64,000 nt of DNA, from NCBI GenBank assembly GCA_024679065.1, contig JAGIQG010000008.1, positions 47,244,001-47,308,000 on the forward strand, given 5' to 3'. The stretch is from Sphyrna mokarran. Its lineage: Eukaryota. A program made the translations under genes and the position numbers. Below the pieces are notes generated by a model, which worked only from the letters and a program-made list of their open reading frames with translations, was not told the origin of the DNA and made no database searches. Positions 12,935 to 24,500 of the stretch are shown piece after piece (position 1 is the stretch's first letter; every line of letters begins with the position of its first letter).

Positions 12935-12943
12935 CATACAATC
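12935..12943 (-). CDS. ZNF800: Candidate 9-nt alternative microexon of ZNF800 (GATTGTATG, adds Gly-Leu-Tyr)
   Basis: Minus strand: CTAAT branch point, ~30-nt pyrimidine tract, two TGC motifs, ACAG| acceptor, 9 nt, then |GTAAGT donor; phase 1-1, frame preserving, no stop. Confidence 0.62.
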
Positions 12944-13087
12944 CTGTTTCCAGCATTATCAGCAAGTTATAAAGAAAAAGGGGAGGGAAAGAGAAAATCG
13001 GATTAGATTAAATATGGAGAACTTGATGATTTCTATTGCTTCTTAAGTAAATTTGTGAAGCTGATTTGCCAAGAGATTTTACCATAC

Positions 13088-13202
13088 CTGGTTCACAACA
13101 ACCGTGGTGGTGGTGCTCTGTCTGACAACATTTATCCCTCTGCAGTGTTTTCTGAATTCGTGACCTATTTTCTTCCGTATCAGTTTCATTCCGACTATTA
13201 TT
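13088..13202 (-). CDS. ZNF800: ZNF800 exon (NNSRNETDTEENRSRIQKTLQRDKCCQTEHHHHGCCEP), 115 nt, phase 0 to 1
   Basis: RDKCCQTEHHHHGCCEP matches the recalled human ZNF800 N-terminus (MPLRDKYCQTDHHHHGCCEP); acceptor ttttttgtgtctag|, donor CAG|gtatgg; frame open across the whole exon. Confidence 0.93.
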
Positions 13203-13859
13203 CTAGACACAAAAAATGAATAAATATTACAAACCACAATTTTTTTCATATATAGATATTCAAGTGCATTATAGTACCACTCAGATTTGATATTTCTTGA
13301 AGTTCTAATTTCAAGAAAATAAAGGTTTGGTGGAACAAAGGGCCAGATTACCAACTGCATAAAAATACGCTCTGTGTAACTATAAGCCACACACCAGGAA
13401 GTCCCAGCTTTCAATTTAAGCTGGGATGACAATTGGAGAATTCCACATGAAAAGTGCATATGTGTGAATGCAGTCAGAAAGAGGACGCGGGTACTTGGGG
13501 AAATTGAGTGGGTTTCAGAAGTTTGTGGAAAATGGGGTGTTACTCAGGAAAGCAATGAAGCAAGCAAGTCTGAAATTGAAAAGGACATATGAAAGATTAA
13601 GCAATAGCTAGACTGAAGTAGGGGCAGAGGAGAGTTATGGTATGTAGGTGAGAATTAAGACTTCTTTGCAATGTAGTAAGTATATTAATTGAGGTTGAAG
13701 CCAAATGGAAAATCTAGTTCAAAAGAGGCTGGAAGGTAAGATCCAACTGGTGACAATTGTATAGCATTTGGTGACAATAACTGAAGATGCTTTTCAGTCC
13801 ATCTATCCATCTTAGAGTCTCTCTCATCCACACAACTAGCAGAATGCCTTGTACCTGTT

Positions 13860-14200
13860 GGACAAAGTCATGGACTGAGACATCTCTATCACTACATGAT
13901 AGTTTTCCATACCATGCAGGTATGGAACTCTCAGTCACACCCTCCTGTCCCTGACCACTGACCAACTCTAAGGTCTAGTGAACCTACAGAGTGGAACTGC
14001 ATCCTGGAACAAGAACGGTCTCTGTAATTCTCCCCTTCCATGATCCCACACAATGTCCAGAACTAAGACTCCAGCTCAGCAACTCAAGGTGCCTTAGCTG
14101 CAGAAACTTTCGGCAGATATAGCTATCAAGGGTTGTGATTGCATTCCACAGATTCCCACGTTCTTCAGTCATGGCTTACCACCTAACAGGTTTACCTAAC
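13860..14200 (-). mobile_element. CR1 ORF1 N-terminal fragment
   Basis: GNLWNA..LDSYICRKFLQLRHLEL resembles the CR1 ORF1 zinc-finger/leucine-zipper start. Confidence 0.55.
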
Positions 14201-14602
14201 TAGAATTTCAAAGTAAAACATAATAGCCAAGTGATCCCACAAATAAGCACTTGGCTCCCGATCAGGCAACTACATATGGGATTCTCATGCCTGTTAATCA
14301 TTCAGGCTGCTTTGCGCTATTTCTCACTCAAGCTTCCACATAGTAAATCAGTTAACTCCCTCCCCCACACAGACGCAATTCCAACTGGTACAAATTCACA
14401 ATCTCACATTAAGTTCCCTTATGGCTAGCAGGCAATACATGTATTAAAAACTGGACTGGGAGGAAGTCATTTCAAGTACTGTGTCATGGAAACAGATGAA
14501 AATAATCAGCTATTTTGAAGCTTCAACATTCAGAATAGGTTCTGAGAACTAGTTTAAACATGGCTTGAACATCAATGATCACTACTTTTTACCTCCTTTT
14601 AA

Positions 14603-14938
14603 GGGTGGCACAGTTGCACAGTGGTTAGCACTGCAGCTCCAGGGGCCTGGGTTTGATCCCCAGCTAGGGTCACTATCTGTGTGGAGCTTGCACAATCTCG
14701 TGTCTGCATGCGTTTCCTCCAGGTGCTCCAGTTTTCTCCCACAGTCTAAAGGTGAGAGAGTTAGGTTGATTGATCATGCTAAAAATTGCCCCTTAGTGTT
14801 CTGAGATGCGTAGGTTAGAGGGATTCATGGGTAAATATGTAGGGATGTGGGGGTAGGGCCTGGGTGGGATTGTGGTTGGTGCAGACTGGAAGGGCCAAAT
14901 GGCCTCTTTCTGCACTGTAGGATTCTATGATTCTGTGA
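14603..14938 (+). mobile_element. HE1-type V-SINE, near full length
   Basis: ggtggcacagttgcacagtggttagcactg...ggcctctttctgcactgtaggattctatgattct. Confidence 0.92.
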
Positions 14939-15476
14939 ACCTAACAGAATTTCTCACTTTGGATATGGGAAAGGGACTGCAGGCAAGGTTTACCCTGACA
15001 CCAGGAAAACTTAAGATTTCAGCAAAAGTCTCCTTGCAGTAACATTACAAACAGTCCACACTTGGAATAAATGAATGCAATAAATTATATGTCACTTTCT
15101 GCAACATTCTCCTCCTGGTGGCATATCCTGTTATGTTTGCCCTCACTTCCCCATCCAACGTTTCTCATGATTTGGAAATTAATTACTGTAATCTTTTCAA
15201 TGTTTGTAACAAGGCAAAGCAACATTGGCAATGCAGGTTAAAAGAGCTCTTGATGCAAGAGGAGAGTGAGACCTTAACTGCAGTAAAGGTCAATAGAGTA
15301 TGAATTAGGAGAGGCTTAATGGTTATCAATTTACATTGCATTTAAAAGTGCATTTGTGGTATTCAACAAAATTGAGGAACCTATTCTGCACTCTCTGCAT
15401 TTAACCCCACAGTTTTTTTTAAATCAACTGTTTCAAAAAGATGGGATAGAGTTAATAGACCATCAGTGTAGAAGAA

Positions 15477-15723
15477 TCACTGTGTGGAGTTTGCACATTC
15501 TCCTCGTGTCTGTGGGGGTTTCCTCTGGGTGTTCCGGTTTCCCCTCTCAGTCCAAGTAAGTGCAGGTTAGTTTGATTGGCCATGCTAAATTGACCATAAA
15601 TGCATAGAATAGAGGATTAGTGGGTAACATATGCATGGATATAGAGGTAGAGCCTGGGTGGGATTGTGGTCAGTGCAGACTGAATGAGCCGAATGGCCTC
15701 TTTCTGTACTGTAGTGTTTCTAT
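15477..15723 (+). mobile_element. HE1-type V-SINE, 5' truncated
   Basis: tgtgtggagtttgcacattctcc...ccgaatggcctctttctgtactgtag. Confidence 0.88.
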
Positions 15724-16721
15724 AAACCAATAATATTTTGTTGCTTTAAAAAAAATGGATCTGTCAGGCTAAGAGTTCTTAGATTTTCTAAGTTGGACTG
15801 TCAGCTTCACTCCTCATTGTTGGAAAAGCAGCATTCAGGCAACTTTATAATCCAATTTGCTTTTGAAAAGCCCACCAAGAAACGAAAAATCTGCCTGAAG
15901 GTGAGAAGCAGCAAATATGGGTACTCTACTTAAAGTGGGAATTCAAATCCCACTTTTAATTTTATGAGCAATTGGATGCTCTAAGTGCACTGAGGGAAGG
16001 GAAGAGGAGGTGTTAGAGGGATCTGATGGAGGGTGGGTTAGACAGGGTCATTTGTGGATGATGGAGGAACAGTGCGGAGGTCGGGTGAAGGCTGGAGGGT
16101 AACAAAAGGAATGTGGGCAAGGGAATGAGAAGAGTAGAGTGGTCCTCTGGTGTGGGTAAGGGAAGGGTTGAGGAGAATGTTGGAGCGGAGGTTCAGGGTA
16201 AAGTTGGAGGAGATTAGCTACAAATTTCAATGTAGTGATTTCTCAGCCGCTTTTCTAAAGATAAATGGATTGCTCTGTGATTAATTACCATGGGAGAATC
16301 AGCATTGGGCCACCAATTTCACTAGTGACAGTCATTCTGCCTACTATGTACAGGTATAATAGAAACAAGCCAAAAACCTACATTTATACAGTACCTTCTA
16401 CAATGTCCCAGATCACTTTATTACTCCTGTTCCTAATCTTTATGTCAGTATGCCAGTGCAGGATGGGCGAGTTAAACTGGGTGAGAAGGCCTTTGCCATC
16501 CATAATTATCTTGGAAACAGAGGCGAGAGTGGAATCATGATTGGAGTTCTGTGTATTTTTTTGCAAAGGAAAGTTTATTAAAGAGCAGACTTTGTGGGCT
16601 GAAACTGCCAGAACAGGAGTGCATAATGATTCAATTAATCACACCACACAAGAGTCTTTTTTTTAAATTGACTCCAATTTTGTCCTTTCCTAGGTCTGAG
16701 ATTTGTTGGTTAGACTAACAT

Positions 16722-17650
16722 TCACTGCCCACCCCTAACTGGCTTTGAGAAGATGGTGGTGAGCTGCAGATTATGTGATGAAGATACACCAACAGTGTTG
16801 TTAGGGAGGAAGTTCCAGGATTTTGACCCAGTGGCAGTGAAGAAAGGGTGATATATTTCCAAATATGGTGAGTGGTTTGGAGAGGAACCTCCAGGTGGTA
16901 GTGTTCCTATGTGCCTGCTGCCCTTGTCCTTCAAGATATTGGTGGTTATGGGTTTGGAAGCTGCTGTCTAAGGAGCCTTCATGAGTTCCTGCAATGCATC
17001 TTGTAGATGGTGCACAGAGATTCTACTGTGTATCATTGAAGAAGGGAGGAATATTTGAGGGTGGAGTGCCAATCAAGCAGGCTGCTTTGTCCTGAAGCTG
17101 TTGAGCTTCAAGTATTGTTGGAGTCATTCAGGCATGTGAAGAATACTCTATCACACTCCTGACTTGTGCCTTGTAGGCAGTGAACAGTCTTTCGGGAGGC
17201 AGGAGGTGATTTATTCACTCTAGGATTGCTAGCTTCTGATTTGTTTCTGTACCCACAGTATTTATATGGTTAGACCAGTTGAGTTTCTTGTCAATGGTAA
17301 TTGTCATGATGTTGATAATGGGAATTCAGCAATGGCAATGCCATTGAACACCAATGTTAGGTTTTAGTGGAGATGGTCATTGCCTCGCACTTATGTGGCA
17401 CAAGTGTTCCTCACTACTTGTCAGCCCAAACCTGGATTTGTGTGGGTCTTGTCACATTTGGACATGGACTGTTTCAGTGTCTGAGGAGTCACAAATGGTG
17501 CTGAAAAGAACATCCCCATTTTTTGACCTTATAATGGAAGGAATGTCATTGATGAAGCAGCTGAAGAGGAATTCCTGCAGTGATATCCTGGAACTAAGAT
17601 GAGTGGCCTTCAACAACCACAACCTTTGTGCTAGATATGACTCCAAATGA
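16722..17650 (-). mobile_element. CR1/L2-group LINE 3' portion (RT end), degenerate
   Basis: Minus-strand fragments INDIPSIIRS, TICDSSDTETVHVQM, GSKSWNFLPNNTVG; related copies at 25130-25700, 45720-46015, 46530-46660 and 48575-48850. Confidence 0.8.
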
Positions 17651-17989
17651 ACCGCAATTACAAGTGACATGCAAATTCAAAAGGAAGAATTCCTTTGGAT
17701 CCTGCTTTATTAGTAAGCTTGTGATGTAATTACCAAACAGAGTTTATATAACGTTTATAACTGGGAACCTATAAATTTAATAGTGAAGATAGCATTGCAC
17801 TTCTAAAATCAGAATTATATCTGAATAAAGACTTTATTGTTTCCTTTAGACTTCGGCCTCATTCTTCTCCCATATTTTCCTGTCTTTTAATCATGCACTA
17901 TTCTTTGATGGAATTGTATGCAATATTTGCCCCAATTACTGCTAATGCTATTTGGTACTGACTGGCTTGCCCTGTTGCTTTCTGTAATA

Positions 17990-18620
17990 AACTCAACAGT
18001 TCTGGCAGCATCTGCGGAGGGATAATCAGGAAGTAGTGTTCCAAGCCCAACCTGACTCTTTTTGCAGAAATGAAAACAGGCAAGAAATGTGATGTGTTAA
18101 ATGGGCGAGTGAGGTTAAATAGCAAAGTTATCATATGACACAAGGCAAAGGGAGTGATAATGGCTGTAGTAAAGAAACAAAGCACTTTTTGCAGTATGGC
18201 TGCGAATAGCAAAATAATAAAATATAGACTCGCACTAGACAAAAAAGAAATCAAAACAGAGGACATAGTTCATGGCCCAAAGTTGTTGAACTCAATATTG
18301 AGTCTAAAAGGTTGTAAAGTGCCTAATTGGAAAGGAGGTGCTGTTCTCCAGCTTATTTTGGGCTTCACTGAAATACTGTAACAAATTGGAAACAGAAATG
18401 TGAGCATGAGAACAATATGATGTCCTTTTGGGATAACTGATCTCTCTATCAACAGCATAAAATTCATTACATTTCGATCTCTGTTCGGTTCCCAAGAACA
18501 GTCACATTGGATCTAAAATATCAATGGTTTCCCTCTCCAAAGACCCACCAGATTTTCCAGATCTTTGTTTTTATTTCAGATCCCCTACATGTGTAGTACC
18601 TTTTTTTTTTAATATTGCTG
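17990..18620 (-). mobile_element. Penelope-like element fragment
   Basis: Minus-strand EAQNKLE and FQLGTLQPFRLNIEFNNF. Confidence 0.75.
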
Positions 18621-18984
18621 TAATCTTTGTGGCTTTGTCAGAAAATGCCACAACCATACCAATGTCACCAAGGGGCAAAACAGCAGAGATGATCAAATTG
18701 CTACAGTATCAAAAGCACAAATGGTCATAGTCTATGCTTATGGATCATGCTTTTCTTTTCACACTTCAAGAACAAAATTAATTGTAATGCAGAAGTTCTG
18801 AAATTTATTTGGATTACATATAATTTACAGCACAGAATAAAGCCATTCAGCAACGGATCTGCCAATGCTCGTACTCCATGCAAGCGATTCCGAATACCGA
18901 CATCAAACACTGTCATTTGAGGTTTATCAGATCAGTTATCAATCTAAAACACAATTAAATTCAATGGAACAGCTTCAGATTTAC

Positions 18985-19023
18985 CAGATTTCGTTTGCGC
19001 AGTGCAGCATTTGTTCTATCCAT
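18985..19023 (-). CDS. ZNF800: ZNF800 putative first coding segment (MDRTNAALRKRNL) inside exon 19063-18985
   Basis: Minus strand: acceptor ttttccag| at 19064, in-frame TAA upstream of the start, strong Kozak gcaATGg at 19023, 13 codons, then donor CTG|gtaaat in phase 0, matching the phase-0 open acceptor of the next exon. Confidence 0.72.
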
Positions 19024-19063
19024 TGCCACACGACAAATTTATTTTGGAAGTCCTACGTGTGAC
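19024..19063 (-). other. ZNF800: 5' UTR part of the ATG-bearing ZNF800 exon
   Basis: 40 nt between acceptor ttccag| and the ATG; contains an in-frame TAA; the acceptor implies a further upstream exon. Confidence 0.6.
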
Positions 19064-19309
19064 CTGGAAAATAGAAAGTCCAGATGTGTTTTACCATGTA
19101 GTAAAACTTAATTACTTTTCAACTCTTAAAGATATGCTATTTCTGCTCAAAATTTAATAGCGTGAGTGCAAAAGCAAATTCCTTCTTACTCTACAAAGAA
19201 ATACATTACATTTTGGGAAATGTCAAAAAATGTTTTAAACACAAAAATTCATTTTGAGGAGTAAAGACATTCTGAAAGCATTTTGGCTTTCAGAAATTAT
19301 CCCTTAAAG

Positions 19310-19940
19310 GGTTACTTCAAGGATTCTGGTTGCTGCTGTTCTAGGAAAAGACAGCAGGTTACAGGAAAGAGTAATTAAGCAGTTTTAAAAAAAGCTGGAA
19401 ACTCCTTGACCCTAGTGAACTGGTTATAAAAGGATTATACGTTTATTATGACTTGGGAAAAAAAAATCATGCCTAGAAAAATGCATTTAAAAGCTGTTAC
19501 AGCTGATTTACCTTTGGGGATCAAGGAGTGATAATTGTTTGGGTAAAAGCAACAATAGATCCTGAAGTTCCAGACCCAACTGGAAGAAGAAGAAAAAAAA
19601 TAGAAGTTGCTCCATTTTCTGAAATCAACGATTGCAAGTTTTCTGTGAAGTCTGCTTGAAAAGTAGTGCAAGAGTCGTCATTTGTTTTACAGGTTAGGAC
19701 CAACAGACCAACTGCATAATTCGGATGTCATTCCAAAGAATCTATCATCCATCCTTCTCCCCTTGAACTATTGATTTTTAATGTTTTGGTAGATTTCAAT
19801 TTTTTGTGTGTGTGTGTATATAAACAAAATAAAAAGGGTACTTATGAGTAATTAACATACTTTCATACTGTATGTTTTGTCTTTTAATTGACAGGTCTGA
19901 TTTTGTAATAAACTAATAATTTTGTTGTTTATTTAGTGTT
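19310..19940 (+). mobile_element. Probable LTR fragment
   Basis: Layout resembles the 7354-7990 LTR (TG run, AATAAACT followed by a T-rich stretch). Confidence 0.35.
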
Positions 19941-20988
19941 TGTTCTGCCCAAAGGTTAAAAATCAACATGCAAACTTTTTTAATACGTGCATGCTATCAG
20001 CTAGAACCCAACTTTTTTCTCTGGGAGCTTTTCTGCTTTCTCACACCATCCACTAGTTTAAGCTATCAATTATTGTTTCATAGATTAGAGAATTGATCAA
20101 CATAATCAAACAAAGATCAAACTATTGAGACTACAATAACAAAATAAGAATCCTAATAGTTTACCAAAGCAAATGGATTAGTTGCTGTTGAGAAGTTACT
20201 TTTCACTGCCAATTCGATAGTATTTCCTGTTCACCTGTGAATGGAAGAGGAAAAAAAACACTGAAATGTACTGAACTTCTGATAGCTTCAACTGTTAAAT
20301 TTTATTTTACAGGGTTTGAAAAATGCCCCTCTATTGGGCTAAAAGCGGTAGGATCATATTCTACATAGACCAGATTTCTTTCAAACAGAGAATTATTATA
20401 GGCATAAAAGTACAACTTAACAACCTTAAAGCTGAACTGAGTAGAAGCAGGGAGAAACCCTACATGCATGCACCAGCCAACATGAATGTAGGAATTTTAT
20501 TTGAAAGGAACTCTAACATTAATCCTTATCTTACGTAGTTAATATATTTTTGAGTAAATTTTGGTTTTTTTTTGAAAGGATAGTCCTCTAAGTAGCCTGT
20601 CTTATTTGAGTGTAAGCTTTATTTCTTCATGTACCCAAACAATATTCTGGAGGAGGGAGAGAAAGACCGATTTTGAAGGAGGATTTTAGGTACATTGAAG
20701 TGCATTAACAGAGGCAAATAAGCTGCAATTCTGAGCTCTTGCTTCAACAATGCATGGAGATTTAAAATCTTACATCTGATGAACCAGAGAGCAGTAGTTT
20801 TATTTTTCAGGTGTAATTACAAGACATTAAAAAAAAATTTTGGAATATCCACATGACCCAAGCTGAAAGATCACGCAGCACAGTCAATCTTTGGTAATTG
20901 GGCCAGGTTCAATATTCAATAACAGTCTCAAATATTTTATGTATAATAGCATAATTGCAGATGTTAAAAGGAAAACAAAAAAAGGCAG

Positions 20989-21077
20989 TGGCCAGAATTC
21001 TCTGCTCAGTCAAATCTCCATCCCCTGCAGTGGGAACGGAGAATGTCAGCTGCAGGCAAGGTCGGAGAATTCGGCCA
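20989..21077. mobile_element. Short MITE-like palindromic element
   Basis: Termini TGGCCAGAATTCTC ... GAGAATTCGGCCA are inverted; similar GGNCTGAATTTT ends at ~9566, 51004, 57102 and 60787. Confidence 0.55.
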
Positions 21078-23256
21078 ATATGCTTTAACAGCCTGAAACA
21101 CTAACTCTTGGGCCTACAGAGATGCTTCCAAGCATTCTGTGCTAATGTGATTGGCACTCCAGCAGACTGGCTTCAAGACAGAAAATAATTCTCCCCTTCT
21201 GCTCCCACCACAAAAAAGAACCAACTGAAGTGATTATTATAAAATAAAGGGTCTTGGTATTCTCCACAGGAAAGCAACTCCTGTTGGAAGCTGAATGCAA
21301 GACTGAAAACATCCACTTGAGGGAGCCATTTACTGCAAAGGTTTACTTCTAAAAAGACTGAACATTATCCACTCGTCCACTATGGACTTCATCCCTTTCA
21401 ATGAATAGCTTTCTATCAATAGCTTGGAACCTGGCCAGAGCAAACTATACAAACAAAAACCAAGTTGAGAGCAAAGCCTAAAACTATTAAAGTTTATGTA
21501 CTAACATCTGGGAGCTTTTCAATGGCCTTAGCAGCTGGAGTACAAAACAGGACAACAGAAGGTGAAATGAGACCGGAGTGGACAATAATTACACACCCAC
21601 AGCTGGAATGTACTCTTCAATCATTTCTCCAAAAGCCCATAGATTGTCACTGCCACAACTATACATTTAGATTCAAACAACAACCTGCACCTCAAACATT
21701 AACCTGTGCTTTTATTTCACAGGCAATTTCAGGACAACCAAATATTGAAGCCAAGTCCAATGGAAATGAAAAATTTGCAATTCTTTTCCCATGCTCAACA
21801 TAAACTTCAACGTGAGCTTTCATTGCAGAAATTCCTGTTCCATATCATCATAAATTGGCTAGTGAAAGGATCACTGGCAAGACATGAATTTAGTGGCTGC
21901 CAGCTGTTTGACACTGCCTAAAATAAAACATTACACGTGTGATGTCTAACATGCATTTGGTGAAGAGAAAAATGTATGATTCAATAAAACTCACCAGAAA
22001 TCCCAATTCACAAGTTTAAAAAAAGGCAGCAGAGAGTCACTTGCATTTTTCAACACACAGAAATCAACAGGCTTAACTTTGTCTGCACTTATTAGCTTAC
22101 AAGCTCCTAATTTAGAATTAGTATCGGTATTCACAAAATCACATTTTATTTATTTGTCAAAACTTCATGGCTTTTATCCAGGCTGGATATGTCTTGCACA
22201 ACGAATGCTTCTCAAAAATGAACAGAGGAGAAAAAGACAATTTAAAATACAGGGTGATATCCTGTATAGCGACAGAAAACTCATGTCAGAAATTCTAACT
22301 CGCACAAATGCAGTAGCCTGCAGTATTGGATTCAATCCAGAGGACACAAGTTTAGAACTGATTATAGCAAGTAATGTGTGGCTGGGCACCAGAAGAACCA
22401 TTAAAGTCATAAAACTGTTGTAAAAATGCAACAGATTCAATGATGTAATTTCAAGGAAGGGAGCCTGCTAGCCTTACCAGTCCTGGACTATATATGTCCA
22501 TGCAGTATGTCACTGGAACAACCACTAAGAATACACAATTTAAGAAAACATTAGGTACTTGGCTATTACATGCGGATCAACAGAATAGAGGACAGAACAC
22601 TAAGAGCTGAAGGTGAGCAGCACTGGAGAGTTCAGGAGAGACAGCAGAATTGAACTGGTCCCGGAGAGGTGCGAGTACACCCCAGTGAGCGGTACAGGCA
22701 GGCATGTGATGACTCACATATTAGGTGCCCTCTTTCCACTACCAAACAGATTAAATTTTTAATTTGTGTGCATTATCTAATAACTCTCCCTCTCCTCAGC
22801 ATATCCCAAAATTAAAATCGATAACATTGCCCTCCCAAGAATACCAGTCCATAGAAATTTAGATTTTTATCACGTCAATCCATTTTCTAAAGTGACATTA
22901 GAGCGCAAAACTCCAAATTTATGGCAAAATCAGAAGCAGGAAAAATACTAAAATTCACCGGATAGAACAGGGTTTCACCCCATCAGCCACAAAACAGGTG
23001 CGCATTTTATTTTTACACGTTAATACAGAAGTATATTTCAGCCAAAGTTTCCACATATAATCGTACAGCTTCTGCATTGCTAAATTGCAAGAGTAGTATT
23101 TTGTACGCATGGCCTGGGGACACACATTCCAAGTAACTCATTTTGTTTCATACTTTGAGAGCATTCAACCAAAATTCCTTTTGGTAGAAACAGCCAGGAT
23201 GGAATGTCATTCTGGCCTTTTCATTTATTTTGTTTTGACTATTGTCAGCTGTGCAC

Positions 23257-23680
23257 AACAATGGGTTCATTTGGTAGCACTCGCACTTCTGAGTCACAAG
23301 GTCCCTGGATTCAAGACCCACTCCAGGATTTCTGCATAAAAATAAGGGTTGACATTCCAATGCCATATTGAGGGAGTGCTATGCTATCAGAAGTGCCATC
23401 TCTCAACTTGCCAGGTCGCGTCCCATTTGTCCATTCAGGTGAAAGCAAAAGATCACGTGGCACAATTTCAAAGACAAGCAAGGAAGATATAGCCAATTTT
23501 TATCCCTCAATCAACATCACGAAAAAATAAACTATTACCTTGTCACTATCTCATTGCTGTTTGTGGGAACTTGTATATAAATTGGCTGCCACATGCTATG
23601 CACTACACCAATACTGACAATTCAAAAGTGTTTCATTGGCATTAAAGCACCTTTGAGACATCCGGTAGTCATGAAAGCTG
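23257..23680 (+). mobile_element. DeuSINE/SacSINE-like SINE, near full length
   Basis: tRNA head (ggttcatttggtagcactcgc..tgagtcacaagg), Deu core (tatccctcaatcaacatcac; cattgctgtttgtgggaacttg; aattggctgcc), L2-like tail. Confidence 0.82.
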
Positions 23681-23860
23681 TTTTTTTTTGAATAAAAGCA
23701 CCTTAAGAGAAATACAGAACTTCTCCTGCCAAACTCTTATTTGAAACATCATCACCTATCCCCTCATCCTCACTATCACTTCCTTCCACCATCCCCTTCC
23801 ATGGGAACATTAGGGAGATGTGGAACAGAAAGCAGCAGGCTGCTCTTGGATACCACTTAC

Positions 23861-23915
23861 TGATCAGCTCCCAAAAGCTTCCGGACAAGAGCCAGAGACT
23901 AGGTTGCCACCAACA
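23861..23915 (-). other. Candidate 55-nt ZNF800 5' UTR exon
   Basis: Acceptor ttactttctttcttctcag| and donor TCA|gtaagt on the gene strand, in non-repeat sequence; no ATG; splice signals only. Confidence 0.4.
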
Positions 23916-24000
23916 CTGAGAAGAAAGAAAGTAATTTGAAATATATTTACCCTGAAAAGACTGTTCAGGCAAATAACATTAAAGCAATTTACATTATGCA

Positions 24001-24500
24001 AGGAAGAATTAGCATTTGTATTAGCACTTTTCACAGCCTCAGAACCCAATGGTGCTTTATAGACAAAAAAGTTAATTTTGAAGTATAGTCACTGTTATAA
24101 TATGAATATCCAAATTAGGAGCAGGAGTAGGCTGCTCTAATTCTAACCAAAAGTCAACTTTCCCATATACCCACAAACCTCACGACATTGTGGTGAAAGG
24201 ATTACATGGCAGCAAGCTCCCACAGATAGCTATTTAATACTGGCCGGACAATCTGCATTTTGAAGTGATACTGATAGTATGACAAATGCTTCTCAGGAGG
24301 TGGGAAGAAGTCCTCTTTAGTACTGTCCAGGGAACTTGTATTTCCAGATTTGCCTCATCCAGAATTGCTTTTGAAACCTCCGTGTACAGCATCCTCTCAA
24401 GCAGCACTGAAGCAGCAGCCTAGAATATTTGTTCACACCTCTGATTTGAAACTGGACCCAATATCTTCTAAGAGTACTAATATTACCAGTGAACTGACAC
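24001..24500 (-). mobile_element. DeuSINE/SacSINE-like SINE, opposite orientation
   Basis: ttttgaagtatagtcactgtt, cagcaagctcccacagatagc and gcagcactgaagcagcagcctagaata are reverse complements of the same consensus. Confidence 0.72.

Noticed and set aside
13079-13459. 126-aa minus-strand ORF
   Set aside because: Wrong frame relative to the ZNF800 exon and mostly intronic; only its internal ATG at 13189 is considered, as the alternative-frame ORF
14603-14680. tRNA gene-like A/B boxes (also at 4700, 31238, 47022 and 49968)
   Set aside because: They are SINE heads continuing into SINE bodies; no intact cloverleaf seen
20165-20234. Possible 5' UTR exon after ttttttcctcttccattcacag
   Set aside because: Good acceptor but ambiguous weak donors; expected by chance in a long intron
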